DNA from: Squalus acanthias
Lineage: Eukaryota
DNA: 64,000 nt
NCBI GenBank assembly: GCA_030390025.1
Contig: CM059435.1
Coordinates: forward strand, 114,452,001-114,516,000
Reading direction: 5' to 3'
Shown here: positions 25,186-40,162 of the stretch, one piece after another
Numbering within the stretch: position 1 is the stretch's first letter
Layout: every line of letters starts with the position of its first letter
The notes under the pieces: generated by a model
What the model was told of the DNA's origin: nothing
Seen by the model: only the letters and a program-made list of their open reading frames with translations
Databases searched by the model: none
Program-made: the position numbers and the translations under genes

Positions 25186-26887
25186 GATTGCAAAAAAATG
25201 TTATTTGGGCTTTCAGAAAGCTTTTAACAAGTTTCCAGATTAAAAATTCGAATCAAAGTAAAAACCACATGAATCCTGGATAGACGGTGATAGACTGATC
25301 AAGAAGCTAGTTTAAAAAGGGAAGAGTTTGTGCAAGAATACAGACTGGTGCTTTTAATCTACATAAATTGCCAAAATTGTACACTTATCAAATTTGCCAA
25401 TACAAGACGAGGATACAGCTGGCTATTTAAGATGGACTTGGCCATGCAGTCACGCAAGTAGTTGAAATTTAAACACTGATCAATGGGAACTAACATACCA
25501 CAGTCAAAAGCTGACTCAAATATACAAATGAAACAAAGAATTAGCACAAGGAGATTTGGATAAGGAGTAATGCGGTGAAGCAATTCATCTCATTATAATG
25601 CTAGGATAACCGCCAGAATAGCAGAAAACAGGTCCACAGACATTATGGTCAGACTTGACAATGCACTGGACAGACTGCTATGTTTAGTCTCCAGCTTTAA
25701 TCATATCCCATGCGCTGAAATAGGTAGAGAGAAAGATTGATCCCAAGAGTAAAGGGGATGAGTTACGCAAGTGATTTAGCATGACTAAACACACTGAAAA
25801 TTGCAGGACAGTTGTAAGGGGACTTAGTCCATGTGACAGGTGCAGGGGATTTCCCATCTACAAAAATCAGCACAACAGGAATTTTTAGCTGCAGACTGAC
25901 CCCTGGTTCAGCAGCTGTCACCACGAGCTCTGCTGCTGATATTGTTGGGCAAGTGGTTCTGTTGCTTTGGTTTTTTTGTAGGATAGGGTTAATTTTGTAA
26001 CTTAGCAAAATGTTGTTGATACCTTTTGACTTTGGTAATTCATGGCACTTTTAAGGACTGAATTTTTAAAAGGAAAACTCACTTTAAATAGTCAATATAA
26101 TTTTGTGCATTTAACATTTTCCAGAATTGTGCATAAAAGCAGTTGTTTCAATATAGCTTTACATCGGGATTACATCAGATATACGGCACAGAAACAGGCC
26201 ATTCAGCCCAACCAGTTTATGCTCCACTCAAGCCTCCTCCCGTCTTTCCTCATCTAAATCTATCAGCATAATCCTTCATTCCCTTTTCCCTCATATGCTT
26301 GTCTAGCCTCCCCTTAAATGCATCTATACTATTCGCCTCAACCACTCCCTGTGGTAGCGAGTTCCACATTCTCACCACTCTCTGGGTAAAGAAGTTTCTT
26401 TAAATCCCTAGTTGATTTCTTGGCTATAGTACAGCTTCCTCCACTCCCTTGTGAATAAAACCTATCAAAATATTTGTCCTATCACAAGTTTTTCACTGTT
26501 TAAAACAAGCTAAGGAAATAGGAATTTGAAGGAGAGCAGCGCTTTTAAAATGATTCTGTTCCAATTAATTAAATCGCTTAGTCTTTGATATTCAGGATAC
26601 AGACTCTCCTGTTTTGCTGCCCAATAAGAATCAAAAAAATGTGCTCATCTTCTGCTTTTTAAAAAAAAAAATTAAATTGATTCAGCCAGAAGGACCAGAT
26701 CAGGGAAGAAACAAATGACGTTAGACATTTACAGTTCCAGTGTTCAAAAGCAGCTGTAGGTGGGAATGGTCAAACCCTGCATTCCAAAACACACAGCACG
26801 AGACCATCTATCTGGTGGGGGCAATGGTGTACGCCGTCTCTTCATTGGGAGAGATCAAGATTGCAAGATCAGACTAGGTGGCTCATG

Positions 26888-26920
<33 letters not shown>

Positions 26921-27123
26921 GAGGAGAAACCCACTCCTGCCGGCTTCACGGACTGAATGGCCCATTTCTATGCTGCAACATTGTGACTGAGAGGAGGTGC
27001 GCAGCAGCAGAGGCTGAAACAGAGCTTTTTTTGTTATATACATTGAATCTGGTGGAAAGTTTTGATTTTTCTTTCCCGCCCAAGAGCACAAGAGCGTCAC
27101 AAGCAAGTCCAGAAAAGTAACGT

Positions 27124-27138
27124 GCCACTAGATGTCAC
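27124..27138 (+). promoter_or_regulatory. CTCF-like motif GCCACTAGATGTCAC
   Basis: Close to the CCACYAGRKGGCRC consensus. Confidence 0.4.
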
Positions 27139-28849
27139 AACACGGCAAATCTGCTGCCCAAGTTATGAAGAAAATTGAAATTTAAACTTTACAGTCTAGA
27201 AATAAGGCCTTTAAAAAAGAGACTCAAAGTATCTAAAGTACTAAATGCTACGGATGAGGTAATCCCAGATTATTACCCCGAGTAAGGCAGCAAAGTAGCA
27301 CTGATATAACACAAAAAAAGTGAAGAGTAAACGTAGAACTGAAATCAGGAAGAATTTCTTGGATGTTCAGGAGTCTGCGGGAACCCTGACCCAATTTCCC
27401 CTTTCAAAAGGGATGCTGCGGTCATGTTTCTCCCCTTGGACGATTAACTGACTCAGCACAGACCAGAGATCAAACTCGGGACCTCGATCTGTGTGGCTGA
27501 GAGAAGATTTTACTTCAGCCATTAGAATGGCCATCAACCTCTAACACCTTGTCCAGCAGCTCAATCTGTGCACTGTCCTACAAAACCTGCTCAACTAAAT
27601 TTCAGGAACCCTGTAAATTGAAGGCAATAGGTTGCAGCTGTTGACTTTTATTATCCAAAATTCCAACAAGTTATTATTCCATTTTAAGTGGATTAACAAA
27701 ATCAGGATTGCTGGCAGTGTTGAGTGATGCTGCCAATTTCCTGGCTCCCTGTGGTCTACCCTGTCTGGAACATTTGGTTTCAGAGTAACATTTTTGCTTT
27801 GATTTGAATGGGGTGGCAGGTCCTTTGGCTGATCTTGGCACACCTATCCAGAAACACCTGTAGCATTTTTCCTTTCCCCCTATCACAGCATGATTCCAAG
27901 TGCCTCCACTACCTGTGAGCGTGCTGATTCATTGAGAACAGCTCCCTGACATCAGTCCTAAATTTGCCTCGGTTTAAACCTGTGTACTCTTGTCCTGCAA
28001 TCATAGTTTAATCTGAAGTCATGTCCCAGATTTACCTTCTCCATATTATTTACTATTTTGTATAGCTCTCAAGGCTCCTCTTAATAGTCTTGTTTCAAAG
28101 CTTAAATGACCAACTTTCTCCAGTCTTTTCTTATACATCACTGCTCTGATGCTAGGGATCAGCCTCATCACTCTCCTGTGAACTACCTCCAGGGTTGCAA
28201 TGCCTGATCAAAACTGGACAGTACCAAAGGTGCAGCACCATTGGTGGCCATGCCTTCAGCTGTCTAGGCCCTAAACTCAAATTCTCAATCTCTACCTTTC
28301 GCCCCCTCAAGATGCTAATGAAAACCTACATCTTTGACCTAGTGTTTGTCACCTGACCTAATGGCGCCTCCTTTGGACATTTTACTACATTAAAGGCACT
28401 ATATAAATGCAAGTTTAAGCACAACATCCTCAAACTTGTACTCGACTGATCTGGCAATATAGACCAGCATGCTACTTACTTTAATTGCTGCTCTATAGTG
28501 ACTGGACATGAGAGACTCTGGACCCAACATCCTGAGATCTCCCAACGTCACTGTTTGCTATTCAATACCATACATAGCGGGTGTCATTTGTTTCTTTCCA
28601 ATACGCAACACTTTTTCTTGGCTGTATAGAATTTCATCCTGCACAGTTGTGCCCACTTACACAATTTATCCAGCTCATATTGGCTGCCTCAGAATGAACT
28701 CAACTCTCCCTCCCCCATGCACCCAGTTTAATATGGTTTTCAAATTTGATCAAGTTGCATGGAGTTTGAATCCATTTTGCACAACTGATCTGACTTTGCA
28801 CCTGCTGGATCGGGCAGGCATCATTCCTATGATGTTTCCTGAAGCGGTG

Positions 28850-29066
28850 TGCCCTGGCCAATATTTATCGCTCAAACATAAAAATAGCTTATCTGGTCAT
28901 CATCATATTGCTGTTTGTGGGAGCTTGCTGTGCATACAATTGGCTGCCATGTTTCTTACATTACATCAGTTATTGCACTTCAAAAAGTACTTCATTGGCT
29001 ATAAAGCACTTTGGGATGTCAAGGTTGAGAAAGGGGCTATATAAATGCAAGTCTTTCTTTTTCTTT
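28850..29066 (+). mobile_element. Deu-SINE 3' half
   Basis: ggccaatatttatc...gctgtttgtgggagcttgctgtg...gctatataaatgcaagtctttc. Confidence 0.8.
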
Positions 29067-32000
29067 GTGGTGTAGCTTTAAACTTGTTTGTCAAAGAACA
29101 ACTTCATTAAAAAAAGGCAATTCCAAGTCTGAGGTTTGTTCGAAAACCCGAATTCCTCGGCCACATGCACTATAAACAGCAATGCCCTACCTTCTGTTGG
29201 AAGAACATCTATAGTGACAATAGCTTGGCTAGCTCAGACATGCTTGTCTGCACTTTACCCAACTACAATACAAATCAGAATGATGTGCGATAAGAAATGG
29301 TTTGCATCTGAACAGTGTCCTGCGCATATTCCTTCCCCTAGGCAAGTTGTCTGCAGATTTACTGCATATAAAGCACAACTGACGTAACACCAACATGTTG
29401 AACAAAAAGAAAGAAAGTTCCAAGTTTTAATTTGTGGGAATCCTACAAAGCAGAGGACATTGCAAATACTTACTTCATACTCCCAGACAATTCTAGTGGC
29501 TATCCATATCAGAGGAGAAAGTCAAAAGCTGAGAATGGCCTGGCCTACAAATTTCAAGTCTATAACAATCTTTACTCGCCCCAGAATGCTATGGAACCGG
29601 AATTCCTAGATGAGATGTAAGCATTGGAGGCAAGAAACATGAGCAGAGTCACATTAGAAATACCTCGAGTCTCCATTAAGGCTGTATTCTCTATTTAGGA
29701 AAGGATGCTCCATCTGTACATTACAACAGTGACTACACTTCGCTGGCTGTAAAGCGCTTTGGGACGTCTGGTGGTCGTGAAAGGCGCTGTATAAATGCAA
29801 GTCTCTCTTTAATTCAGGGTAACATTTACTTACTTTAGGCAAGCCAGTCAACATTGGCAGAGTAACATCTTGGGCGATGCTGTAACAGGTATCTTCTGCT
29901 GGGACTGGTGCCAGAACAGGATAACATTATGATCGCTAGTTTACTGAAGCCAGCCACATGCTGCAAGAGTGTAACTTTAGGCAGCAGTGCTGAGTGGACA
30001 ATGCTACTCTGCCTCCACCCAAGGTCCCCATAATAATGTCCTGCCAATTCGATTCACTCCACATGATGGTAAGCAGTGGTCAAGTACACTGGACACAGCA
30101 GAGAAATAACATCCCAGCTTTAGTGAAGACCAATGCACTAGAACTAGCCAAGCTATTCCAGTGCAGCTATGACATTGGTATCTATTTCACTGTGGAAAAT
30201 TGCCCAGGAATATCCTATCCAGAAAAAGCAGGACAAATGGCCAATTACCACCCTATCAGCTTCTCCTCAGTGAAGTGATGGAAGGGGCCCTCAAAAATGC
30301 CATTAAGCTACACCTACTCAAGAACCTGCTCAGACAGCTCCAGACCTCCTCATAGCCTTGATCCAGAAATGAACAGATCTGAATGCCAGAGGAGAGGAGG
30401 TGACAGTAGCTTCTCTCAACACAACATTTCATGAATGTCACTGTGACTGAGCAAAACTGGAATCAACAGGAAAACCCTCCTGTGACTGAGTATACCTGAC
30501 ACCCAGGAAGATGGCCATGGCCATTGAAGGCCAATCATCGCAGCCCCAAGGCATCGCTGCCAGAGTTTCACAGCACATCGTCCTTGGCCCAACCATTTTC
30601 ATATGGAACTCAAAACAATTAGATATCCATAACTCCCATAGCTTCCACAATTTAAAAAAATCCACAATCAGTTTCTGTCAAGTAACGAATTACCAATGCA
30701 AAAAAGAGTATTTACTTACCAAGTTATAAATACCTTAGCTAAAGCTTTATAGCTGGTAATGAATGTAATATTTCAATCTGAAGTCATTTTATACTGCTCT
30801 AAAACTGAACAGGTCTCCAAATGCAACATTAGTTTCCACATTTAGGAAATAACTAAAAACTACAAATCCCCCATTAATTATCAGATCTTAGTATTCTAGA
30901 TTGCTTCCTGAATTTTAGTGAAATTTTAAAAGTAGATTGGATTTAAACAAATTTCAATATAATTCAACCTCCTGTGCAATTGCTCACTGTGGCCGTTTAC
31001 CATGGTCCAGATGGACACTTATTGCACCTTATTGGTATTCACCAAATTCTCAAACCCGAGCTGCTTTGACATCAAGCAATGAATTGGTGCAGTGCATGCT
31101 GGGAGTTGTAGTCCTAATTGTTTAAGTAGTGAACTAGCAAACTAAATATTAAAGCTCATCTCAGTTGGAAGCGGGGATCTTTCCCACGAGAGGATTAGCC
31201 GACTATGTACACTGTGCAAAGTGAGGCGAGCCTGGATTAGCAACATGTTTACCTTATACCATTGAGCACAAATTTTAGAACCATGGAACTTTACAGTACA
31301 GAAAGCATTTGGCCCATGTCTGTGCCAGCTCCTTCCTAGTACAATCCAAAACTAAGCCCACTGCCCTGCTCTCTCTCTCCATGCCCGTTATCTTTCTCTG
31401 CTTCAAGTATTTATCCAATTTTGGTTAAAAGTAGCAATGGTCTCTACCGCAGTCACTCTCATCGAGGCAGAGCATTCCATGCTTCAACAACCAGCTGCGT
31501 TGAAAAAATTCTCCTGACCCCCGTCGTCACTGAGGATTTTAAATTGAGGGCACCTTGTCAAATTCTTCCAACTGGAGAAATAGGGCGAGAATTTGTAGCA
31601 AACTTGCGCCATTCTACGGCGCACACCATTACTATTTCCAGGATATTATGGCACGAGTGACTCAGGCCATTACTTACTCCACAGCAAAATTTCCTGGGAC
31701 CCTCTCCGCCATGAACCCCACCGAAACAGCGACAACTCCACAATCAGAGCCGACCCCCTATAAAATCAATGGCGATGTCCAATTTGCAGGATTAACACGG
31801 CTTTGATCGGCGACAGAGCCAGAACAGCCCTGGTGACTTGGCAGCAGCCCGATTTATTGCTCCAAGATCGATTTCCCTTCAAAGACCTTTGTACTAAGCT
31901 TTGCCAATTTATTTAGCTAATGCAAAAATAATCTTGTGGGCATAGCGCTGGCCATAAAGTTTCCTGTTAAATGGAATTAAATTTTTGAAAGGCATTTAAT

Positions 32001-33279
32001 GTTTGTATTGATTCACTGATCTCTGGTCCTGTAACAGTGTCAATCACCAATTTTAATGTGGAGTACCGATCCAAAATCCACACTTTTCAGAACTCTGAAA
32101 TACATTCAATTGCACATCAACAGGATAGTGCATCAGCAAATATTTTGATGAGGGAACAAATGCAAAATTAGTCTAATAAAGAGTTAAGGCAACTATTAGA
32201 CTATGCATCTATTAGCTGCTCTGAATTTAAAAGCAGGAATATCCAAGAAATAATTAATTACTTCCTACACATCTTGCATTGACTTAATACATTTTCCTGC
32301 AAAAAAACAGGACGTGCACTTCAAAATGAATTTGCCCACCAACATCTGAAACCAATTGAAATTTAGAAGCCTTCAATTAGCTCAGGCACCGAGAGCCACA
32401 CACGCTGCCCATATTACATCCAGGAACAATTTGAGAACACAAAATAAATAATCTGACTAACAGATTTGTGGTGAATTCTCAAAACGAGACTAAAATTCCA
32501 CTGTAGCTCTCTAATCTATATACATATTGCAACATGACTGGAGAGAAGACTGCAAGTTGAGGGAGATTTTGTACCATATCACTGGTGAGCAAGATGGATA
32601 ACCACCAAATGGAAAGCAGAGAAGCAGACAACCAATGAAAATTGATACGACAATACAGCCAAAAAATGCTTAAAAGGTTGCTGTGTGCAAGCTGGCTGAC
32701 AGACATATTTATGTACATAACAGTGGCTATACTTCCAAAATGAATTCATTGACTGAAGCGCTTTGGGACATCCTAAAGATGTGAAAAGCACGATATAAAT
32801 GCAAGTTCTTTTACACATCCTTAGTTACAGAATTAAAAAAAGACAAAAAGTAACACTCATGTTTCACCGTTCTCACAATCCGCTTGTTACAAATATTTAG
32901 CAACTGCACCCAATGCAATTTCACCCAATATGGGTCAATGGCTCATTTGATGCACACAGCAGCTACAGCACTTCACCACTTGGTGCATCATGTCTGCTTC
33001 TCTATCTGGCTTCAAGCTGAACACAAGCAAGACAAACACAACAGAGACCATGATGGCTCCAAGTCATATTACAACCAAGTAGTTTTAATCTTCTATTTTA
33101 GACAGATGGCTTTCAGATTCTGAAATAAGGCACAGGGCACTAAGTAAATGGAACATCTTTCCAGAGTGCACATATAGATACATCCCCAATGTAGGATAGG
33201 ATAAGGGCTCAAAACAGACACTTAGCAGCACCCCCAATGCCACCTTTACAATGTTATTAAATGCATACTGTTAACTTAC

Positions 33280-33514
33280 CTCTGCTCTCACAGGATCTTC
33301 AATACCGACTACAGCAATACAGGTGAGGTCAGTAAGTACATCATTTTCATTATCCCACTCCACATCAGAATCAACTTCAAATTCTCTGAATGCTAAGCAG
33401 ATGGTACGCAGTCCATCAGATGCCATTGGTTCTATTACTTTCTTTATTAAATCTTCGCGTTCTCTCAGCTTCAAATCTCTGATTTCGCCCTTTGCATTTA
33501 GAATTTTAGAACAC
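33280..33514 (-). CDS. ATP2B1: ATP2B1 exon, 235 nt (CSKILNAKG...GLRTICLAF...GIEDPVRAE)
   Basis: caccag acceptor, GAG|gtaag donor. Confidence 0.96.
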
Positions 33515-35187
33515 CTGGTGAAAAAGTTTATATCTTGTCAACTTTATTAATAAAGAACTTTTAACCAGAACCAACTGGAAGATGCACATTTAGATCCAAC
33601 ACACTGTATTAGCTATATGTTTACATACTGACATTTAAAACATACAGATAAGTGACCTGCAGATTTACAACATTCTAATTGAAAGTGAAGTGTGGAAATG
33701 ATGGCATCTTATAAATCAGCAGGACTCGAGCAAATCTCACTATGCTCATGTTGAGTTGGAGAATACATTTAAAAATGACCAGAGCATGATGTATAAATAT
33801 AGTCGAGATGTAGAATTGCTCAGGAACAAACATTCTCTTCCAGTAGCTGTCTTTTTTGCAACCTGCATGCCTCACTCTCTACGGTTGTTCCATACTTTTC
33901 TTATTGTGGTATCTGCAGCTTGTCCAACTTCGCCTCTTTCCTTCCCCCCCCCTTAGCTCTCTTTCTTCCGATCTCTTCTCCCCATCTCCTCTTACTTGGA
34001 TCTCTCAAATGTTTCTTTCCTGATGTAATCAATATCTAATACACAGTAAGATGGGAGGCAACTTACAGGAGTTTGGATCGGAGTAGCAAAGGGCGAGAGG
34101 AGAGATGAGGCAGTTATGGAGGTGCTGCAGCATAGGCAGTTGGGAGAGAAGGTGAGGGCGAGGACCCAGGCCATGAGAAACATGGGGGCGCATGGAGGGA
34201 GAGGCTGGGAGGAAACAAAAGGAATATAGCATTTAGGAGCTTGGGGATCTAGGTGCTGAGGGTCAGTGGATGATCTGAGATTAATTAGCAATCCTGAGAG
34301 GGGGCAAAAATGTGGACACAGCTAGGGTGTGGAGGGAGCACGGTGGGCTGGGATGTGGAAATACTGGGTTGTGATACAGGTGAAAGGGGACCCTTCTTTG
34401 GGGAGGCAGTCATGCTGGGCCATGGAGGCCTCCAACTTTGCTCATCTCTGTCCAGCTTTTGAACCCAGGAACATGCAAGTATTTGACAGCAAGAAACTCA
34501 AGTACCCATAGGCGATACATACTAATATGGGGGTAAATTTGGAATGGCGGAGGTTTTTAAACTGCCATTTCTTAAACTTCTAGTACCTCAACAGCCCCAA
34601 AGAGTTGTTTTCCTTGAAGATTCAATAGAAAGGGCAAACTGAAATTTAATTAGTTGTGCTTGCAGAGCAAGATGCCTTGGGCTTTGCCCGCACAAAAAAG
34701 TACAGCCATTTCAGTTTGTAAAATATCGGCTAGGTGACAGAAAAAATATCCAAGGACGTCCAATGATTTTTCCCATTCAGATGGCAATTACTCAGTGATT
34801 ATTTGCACGGAGTCTCCTGCGCGCACGTACCGTATGGGTGGCGGAGCCTAAACCCCGCCTCGCCCCCACCAGAACAGTGCATGCGCACACGATATTGCGA
34901 CCTTCATCAAACTGAAACGTTAACTTTCTCACAGATGCTACCTGACCTACTGAGTATGTCCAGCATTTTTCTGTTTTTATTTCAGAAAGGCTCAATGATA
35001 GAAACAATCTCCCTCTCCATGCCAACTCGAGTGGAAGCCCTGGTGCGAGGGTCAGTCACTAGTTGGAAGGCCAACACAGTTTAATGTATCCTCTGCATCA
35101 CTGCCCTACTCAAGCTCGCTCCCTCCAAAAAGCCACCAACATTAATATCACACATGTATACCACTTGTTATAATACATTATACTTAC

Positions 35188-35429
35188 TTTTTAAGAACAA
35201 TCTCAGAGGCGCCCTTGCTGAACATTTGAAAGCTACCATTAGGGTTCTTCAGAACAGTGCTCATAGATTTTCGCGCAGAGTTGAAGGTGTAGACTTTGAA
35301 CAGTTTCTCTTCTGGAATTTCCTTTCGAATTGCCTGGTAGTCTCTCTTCAATTGCAACACAAATCCCAACAAGGCACATTCCGTCTTATTGCCAACCTGA
35401 CGTGGCAAGCCACCTTCTTTCTCGGGAGG
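35188..35429 (-). CDS. ATP2B1: ATP2B1 exon, 242 nt ([22 protein letters not shown]...[11 protein letters not shown])
   Basis: cacag acceptor, AA|gtaagt donor. Confidence 0.96.
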
Positions 35430-35859
35430 CTGTGAAGTTAGATCAATAATACATGTAACTCAATCTTACAGGATTTGATCCAAAGCAAGTTAAACAGTAC
35501 ACAGCTGTTAAGTGTTGGAACAGAAAAATTTAAAAACAGGATATGCATTTAAGACAGTCAACACAGAATGCAATTTAAATTTCTAACAAGCCATTCAGGT
35601 TTGCTCTGGGGTTGGGGCATTTGCACCCTTAACTGGATTACTGCCTTGTAATTTACTGAACTAATATTCTCTCCAGCTCCAGTTGTCCAAAGTATAAGTG
35701 AAACAATTTAAAACCCAAATACAAAATCCTCAGAATATATGCAATACATTGCATGCCCCTTATGCAAGAGCCTTTAGAGCCTTTATGACTCATGAAGTGT
35801 AAAATATCAATTATTCAGCATTAAAGGATAAAAAAAAATGTACAAGAATCCCAACATAC

Positions 35860-36102
35860 CAGTATCTTGGTAGTGTAAGCAGAGTTTACAGCTATTCCTG
35901 CAACAAGTTTGTCCAAAACATTCTCAGGAAGAGTCTCTGGATCTGGAATCACTTTGTAGAACTCGCCACCGCAATATGCTTGAACCACAGTCATTCTGTT
36001 CATTGTGAGGGTGCCAGTTTTGTCCGAACATATAGCTGTTGCATTCCCCATTGTTTCACAGGCATCCAGATGTCTGACCAAGTTGTTATCTTTCATCATT
36101 TT
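35860..36102 (-). CDS. ATP2B1: ATP2B1 exon, 243 nt ([19 protein letters not shown]...CSDKTGTLT...YTTKIL), catalytic Asp
   Basis: tgcag acceptor, CTG|gtatg donor. Confidence 0.97.
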
Positions 36103-36749
36103 CTGCAGTTTGGAAAGATTTGTGGTTGTTAGTAGCAGAGCGCAAGAACGTACATGCTATTTGATACATAATCTAGTGCTATATTTTGACAGAACAATTT
36201 TCCAAGGGAGTAATTTACACTGCCTATAATGGTGCTGGGATTTTAATCCATTTCCCCCATTTACTGGCACTGATTGCATCACCAATGGGAAACAAAGCTG
36301 CAATTCCCAAGATATCAAAATGCAGATGATTCTAAGCTTGCCCAAACTGAATGTTCCAACACACAAGATGCAATCAGATTTGACTGGCAGGAAGACAAGG
36401 TTTTACACAAATTCCAGAAGGACTGATCAGATCTGATCACAATGCAAAGACCCGACTAGAAGCAAATGCGCATTGATGTTAGGTTAGAGCAGAAATTGGG
36501 CTTGGTTGCTATATCCTTGTTGGTCAAGTAGTCAGTCATTCCTGGTGTAGAATCACGAGGCCGACATTAGACCAACTACTGGACGCCAGCTGCTGCATAC
36601 GGAATATACAAATAAGAATCACAGCATTAAGGACAGGGAGGGTAAGAGGAGGCAAACCCGTGGTTAGCAACACATGAAAGTTTAAATTCAGCAAGGTAAA
36701 AGGTATACGGGGGCTAAGGTTTCAGTTAGGTGTTTATATTATAGCTTAC

Positions 36750-36964
36750 CTTGACAGAATAAGCCAACGAGATTGTAACTGCAAGTGGAAGACCCTCTGG
36801 CACCGCCACAACCAGGACAGTAACACCAATGATGAAGAATTTAACTAAATACTGGATGTAAATTGGTGCACATTCTGCCAACCAAGGGAGTTGCTGGACC
36901 CAAAATGTATTAATCACAAAGTACAGAACAAGAATGATAACTGTAACGGCAGACATCACCAATC
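36750..36964 (-). CDS. ATP2B1: ATP2B1 exon, 215 nt ([13 protein letters not shown]...[18 protein letters not shown]), TM3/TM4
   Basis: tag acceptor, AAG|gtaag donor; ORF 36726-37046. Confidence 0.96.
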
Positions 36965-38091
36965 CTATGGAAGAAAAATAGATCAACAGCTTTACAATGT
37001 AGAAACGAGAGGCAACACTTGATGGATTGCAAAATACTACGTCCATACATTACTTAGCACCCTTTATAACCTCTTGAATTGTGTAAAAATGGTACCCAAG
37101 GTACTGAACAGACAATAGCTTATATCTGGCGAGTCAGAAACAAACGAATAGATGAGTGTATGAATTACCTACAATTAGAAACATCACAGCAAAACTTACA
37201 GGAGTGTTCAATAGTTTTATCAAAATAAGGAAGGACACATGTAACTATTTGCCAAAACTGCACCTTAAGACTGGATGCAAAATTCTCACTCACTCAAGCA
37301 GAAATTTTCAAATGCTTCAGAGGAGGATGCTGAATAGGTCCTCAGGGAGCAGGACTAGTGCGCTGGAAAAGTCTCCAGTTCTAGCACATTGAGATTGACA
37401 CAGCTGACCTGTCCCCGTTTATTATGGGAGTGTGGAATAGTACAGGGCTGCACGTTAACTGTGAGTTGCTGTATTCTGCACACCACGGAGGGCTGGGAGA
37501 GGGTGGTGTCAGGTCCCAAGCTGGACCTGGAGAATTACTGAAGCTGGTCACAGTCTTTGCAGCCTTTTCAAATGGTTACATACTGGTCAGTGCTTGCGCA
37601 GTTAAATAGTTAGACACCAGGTCTACACAATCACCATGGTAAGGAAACACAAACAAAACAGGCCATTTAACAAAGAAATAATGCCAAGGAATCCAAAACT
37701 AATGGGTTGGTTCAGGTGCTGGGATATTTTAAGAGTTTTGCCATAACTAATTATTTTATCTATATTTATCGTTAGTAGTTGAACTCCCAATTCCACTCAG
37801 ATTAAAAACTACTAGATATGTTCAGCGTAATAAATTAATTTCAAACTGAATTTGAAATTAAAACTATATCCTTCACTCGGCTCAGACATGTTCCTGGGCT
37901 AAAAAGCAAGAGAAGTTTTTCCAAAATGTTCGTGTACATATTTCACAGACACCTTAAATCAATAGCATGCAACAGGTTAGAACCACAAGTACTGAAACAT
38001 CACATCCACGCAAGTCTGTACAACAATCCAAATTATAAATCTGGATTATGGACCAATTTTAGTCTTCATGGAAAATGATTAATTTTCATAC

Positions 38092-38250
38092 CTGCTTTAC
38101 CAATTTGAACTGCCAATTTGGTGAGCTTTCCTTGGAGTACAGACTTTTCTTTTTTGTTCATGTTTGACTTCTTTTTCTCACATCCGTCATCAGCTGCTTC
38201 ATCGCTTTTCAATGGCTGCATTTCCATAGCTGCCCCATCTTGAGCTTTAG
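38092..38250 (-). CDS. ATP2B1: ATP2B1 exon, 159 nt ([16 protein letters not shown]...[20 protein letters not shown])
   Basis: tttttcag acceptor, G|gtatg donor; acidic-phospholipid-binding region. Confidence 0.95.
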
Positions 38251-38409
38251 CTGAAAAATGTAAGCAGAATCGTCATAATTTGAAAGCACAATCTGATTCG
38301 CCAGACTAAGAGGGTCTGGAATTCTAGTTAGTGGCTAGCCACAGAAAGCTATTTTACTGATTGCCTAAGTTGGCAATGCTGGGGTGAGGGGGGGGGGGGG
38401 GGGGCAAAT

Positions 38410-38890
38410 AAACAGTCTTAGAAAGGCTACAGGGAGGGACTTTAGTTACGAGAGGTTGGAAAAGTTAGGACTGTTCTCCTTGGAACAGAGAAGGTTAAGA
38501 GGTGACCTAATAGAGGTTTTCAAGAGGAGAGGTTTTGATAGAGTAGATAAGAGAAAAACTATTCCCTCAGGCTTGTGGGTCAATAGCCAGAGATTTAAAA
38601 TAATTGGCAAAAGATCTAGAGGGGAGATGAGGAGAATTTTTTTTACCCACTCAGTTGTCTGGATTTGGAACACTACCTGAAAAGGTGGTGGAAGTGGATT
38701 CCATCAATAATTTTAAAAGGGAGTTGGACGGGTACTGGAGGATGAGGAACTCACAGGGTTACGGACAAAAAGCCGGGGGGGGGGGGGGGGGGGAGTGGGT
38801 GGGACTGAGCACGACTGTTCTTTTAAAGAGCCAGCACAGCTACAATGGGCCGAATGGTCTCTTTCTGTGCTGTATGTTTCTAGGATTCCA
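38410..38890 (+). mobile_element. CR1 LINE 3' end (second subfamily)
   Basis: YERLEKLGLFSLEQRRLRGDLIEVFK; related copies ~16490-16930(+), 22157-22530(-), 26165-26420(-), 31280-31560(-), 44550-45200(-). Confidence 0.85.
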
Positions 38891-40123
38891 CGATTGAAGT
38901 CATACAACCGCAACAAAAAAAAAAACCTTTGATCCCTAACCAGAACTTTTCAAATTAGTGCGGCATGCTATTAGGCTACATGTTCACTAAGAAGCATTCC
39001 TTCATGTAAGGAATTAAAACAATCTAATCACCCAGATAGTGATATTGGAACAATTATTTGGCCACTGCAGGTACTTTAAACTGTTGGGAAAAGTACCATT
39101 AAAAAAAATATTGATGCTAGAGAGATTGAGGGGCTCGAGAATGAATGATTATGGAACCTAAATTGTTGTGGTTTCTGTTGATACAAGACTGCCTCGCAAT
39201 CTTGACCAGGTGATTACAAATGCAATTAAGTTAAGTAATAATGCAAAAAGTGCTGGTACTGCACAAATTACCCCAATCTCTGGGATTACCCAATTCAAAC
39301 CATTATAGAATCTTACCATTGCCATACAGCCCCTTGTGCCTGTGCCAGCTCTTTGAAAGAGCTATCCAATTAATCCCACTTACAATGATACCTTGGAATC
39401 TACAGTCTACCTCTGCTCTAAATTAAAGGTAAAAATAATTTACTAGTTTAAATGAAACTGGCAAACAACTGTGTAGGGACAAGCATATTCCAAGGATAGC
39501 TTTATAACTAAATATCTGATCAAATAGGGCAGATCTACAACTAAGGCTTGCAAATCACTAACTGCAAACTGAAACTAATCCTAGTAACAGTTTTCCTAAG
39601 TGACAAGTGTAAGCATCCTTGTTCAATGAGGCTTCAATGGTGCAGTCATTAACATATGAGGAACTAGGTCAAGAACTCAATTTGGAACTATGTCAAGGTT
39701 ATAATTCGGAATGAGGGAAGGCCTATCTGGGAATATTCTGGGCAAATTCATCTTGTGGGAGTGCCCAACTTAAAAAAGGGGGGGGGGGGGGGGGGGGAGG
39801 GGGGTGCTGTGGCAGGGCTGCCAAGGCAAAAATTCTGATTTGATGGCTGAAATTTTCCAGCTATATTTCAATTGCCCAATTTAACCATAACATTTGAACT
39901 ACCAAAGACAGCAGTTTTCTTAAATGCCAGGGTACAGCTTTCTGTCCCCTTTCTCCACATGGACAGTTTACTCCAATAACCTTTATAAATAGAACATTCC
40001 ACATTAGTTTATAAACAAAACATAGCTCTGCTATTGTTTCCAGGTGCATTTTAAAAGGTTCTGAAGGCTAAGTAAACAGTACCGTAGATCATGCCAAGGC
40101 TGCTTAAAGTGTTTAATGTTTAC

Positions 40124-40162
40124 CTTTGTTTCGATTTTCTACAGCTCCATCTTGCTTTTTAT
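40124..40162 (-). CDS. ATP2B1: ATP2B1 splice-site-A exon, 39 nt (NKKQDGAVENRNK), 'x' insert
   Basis: ctctttcag acceptor, AAG|gtaaac donor; matches the recalled PMCA1 39-nt exon NKKQDGAIENRNK. Confidence 0.92.
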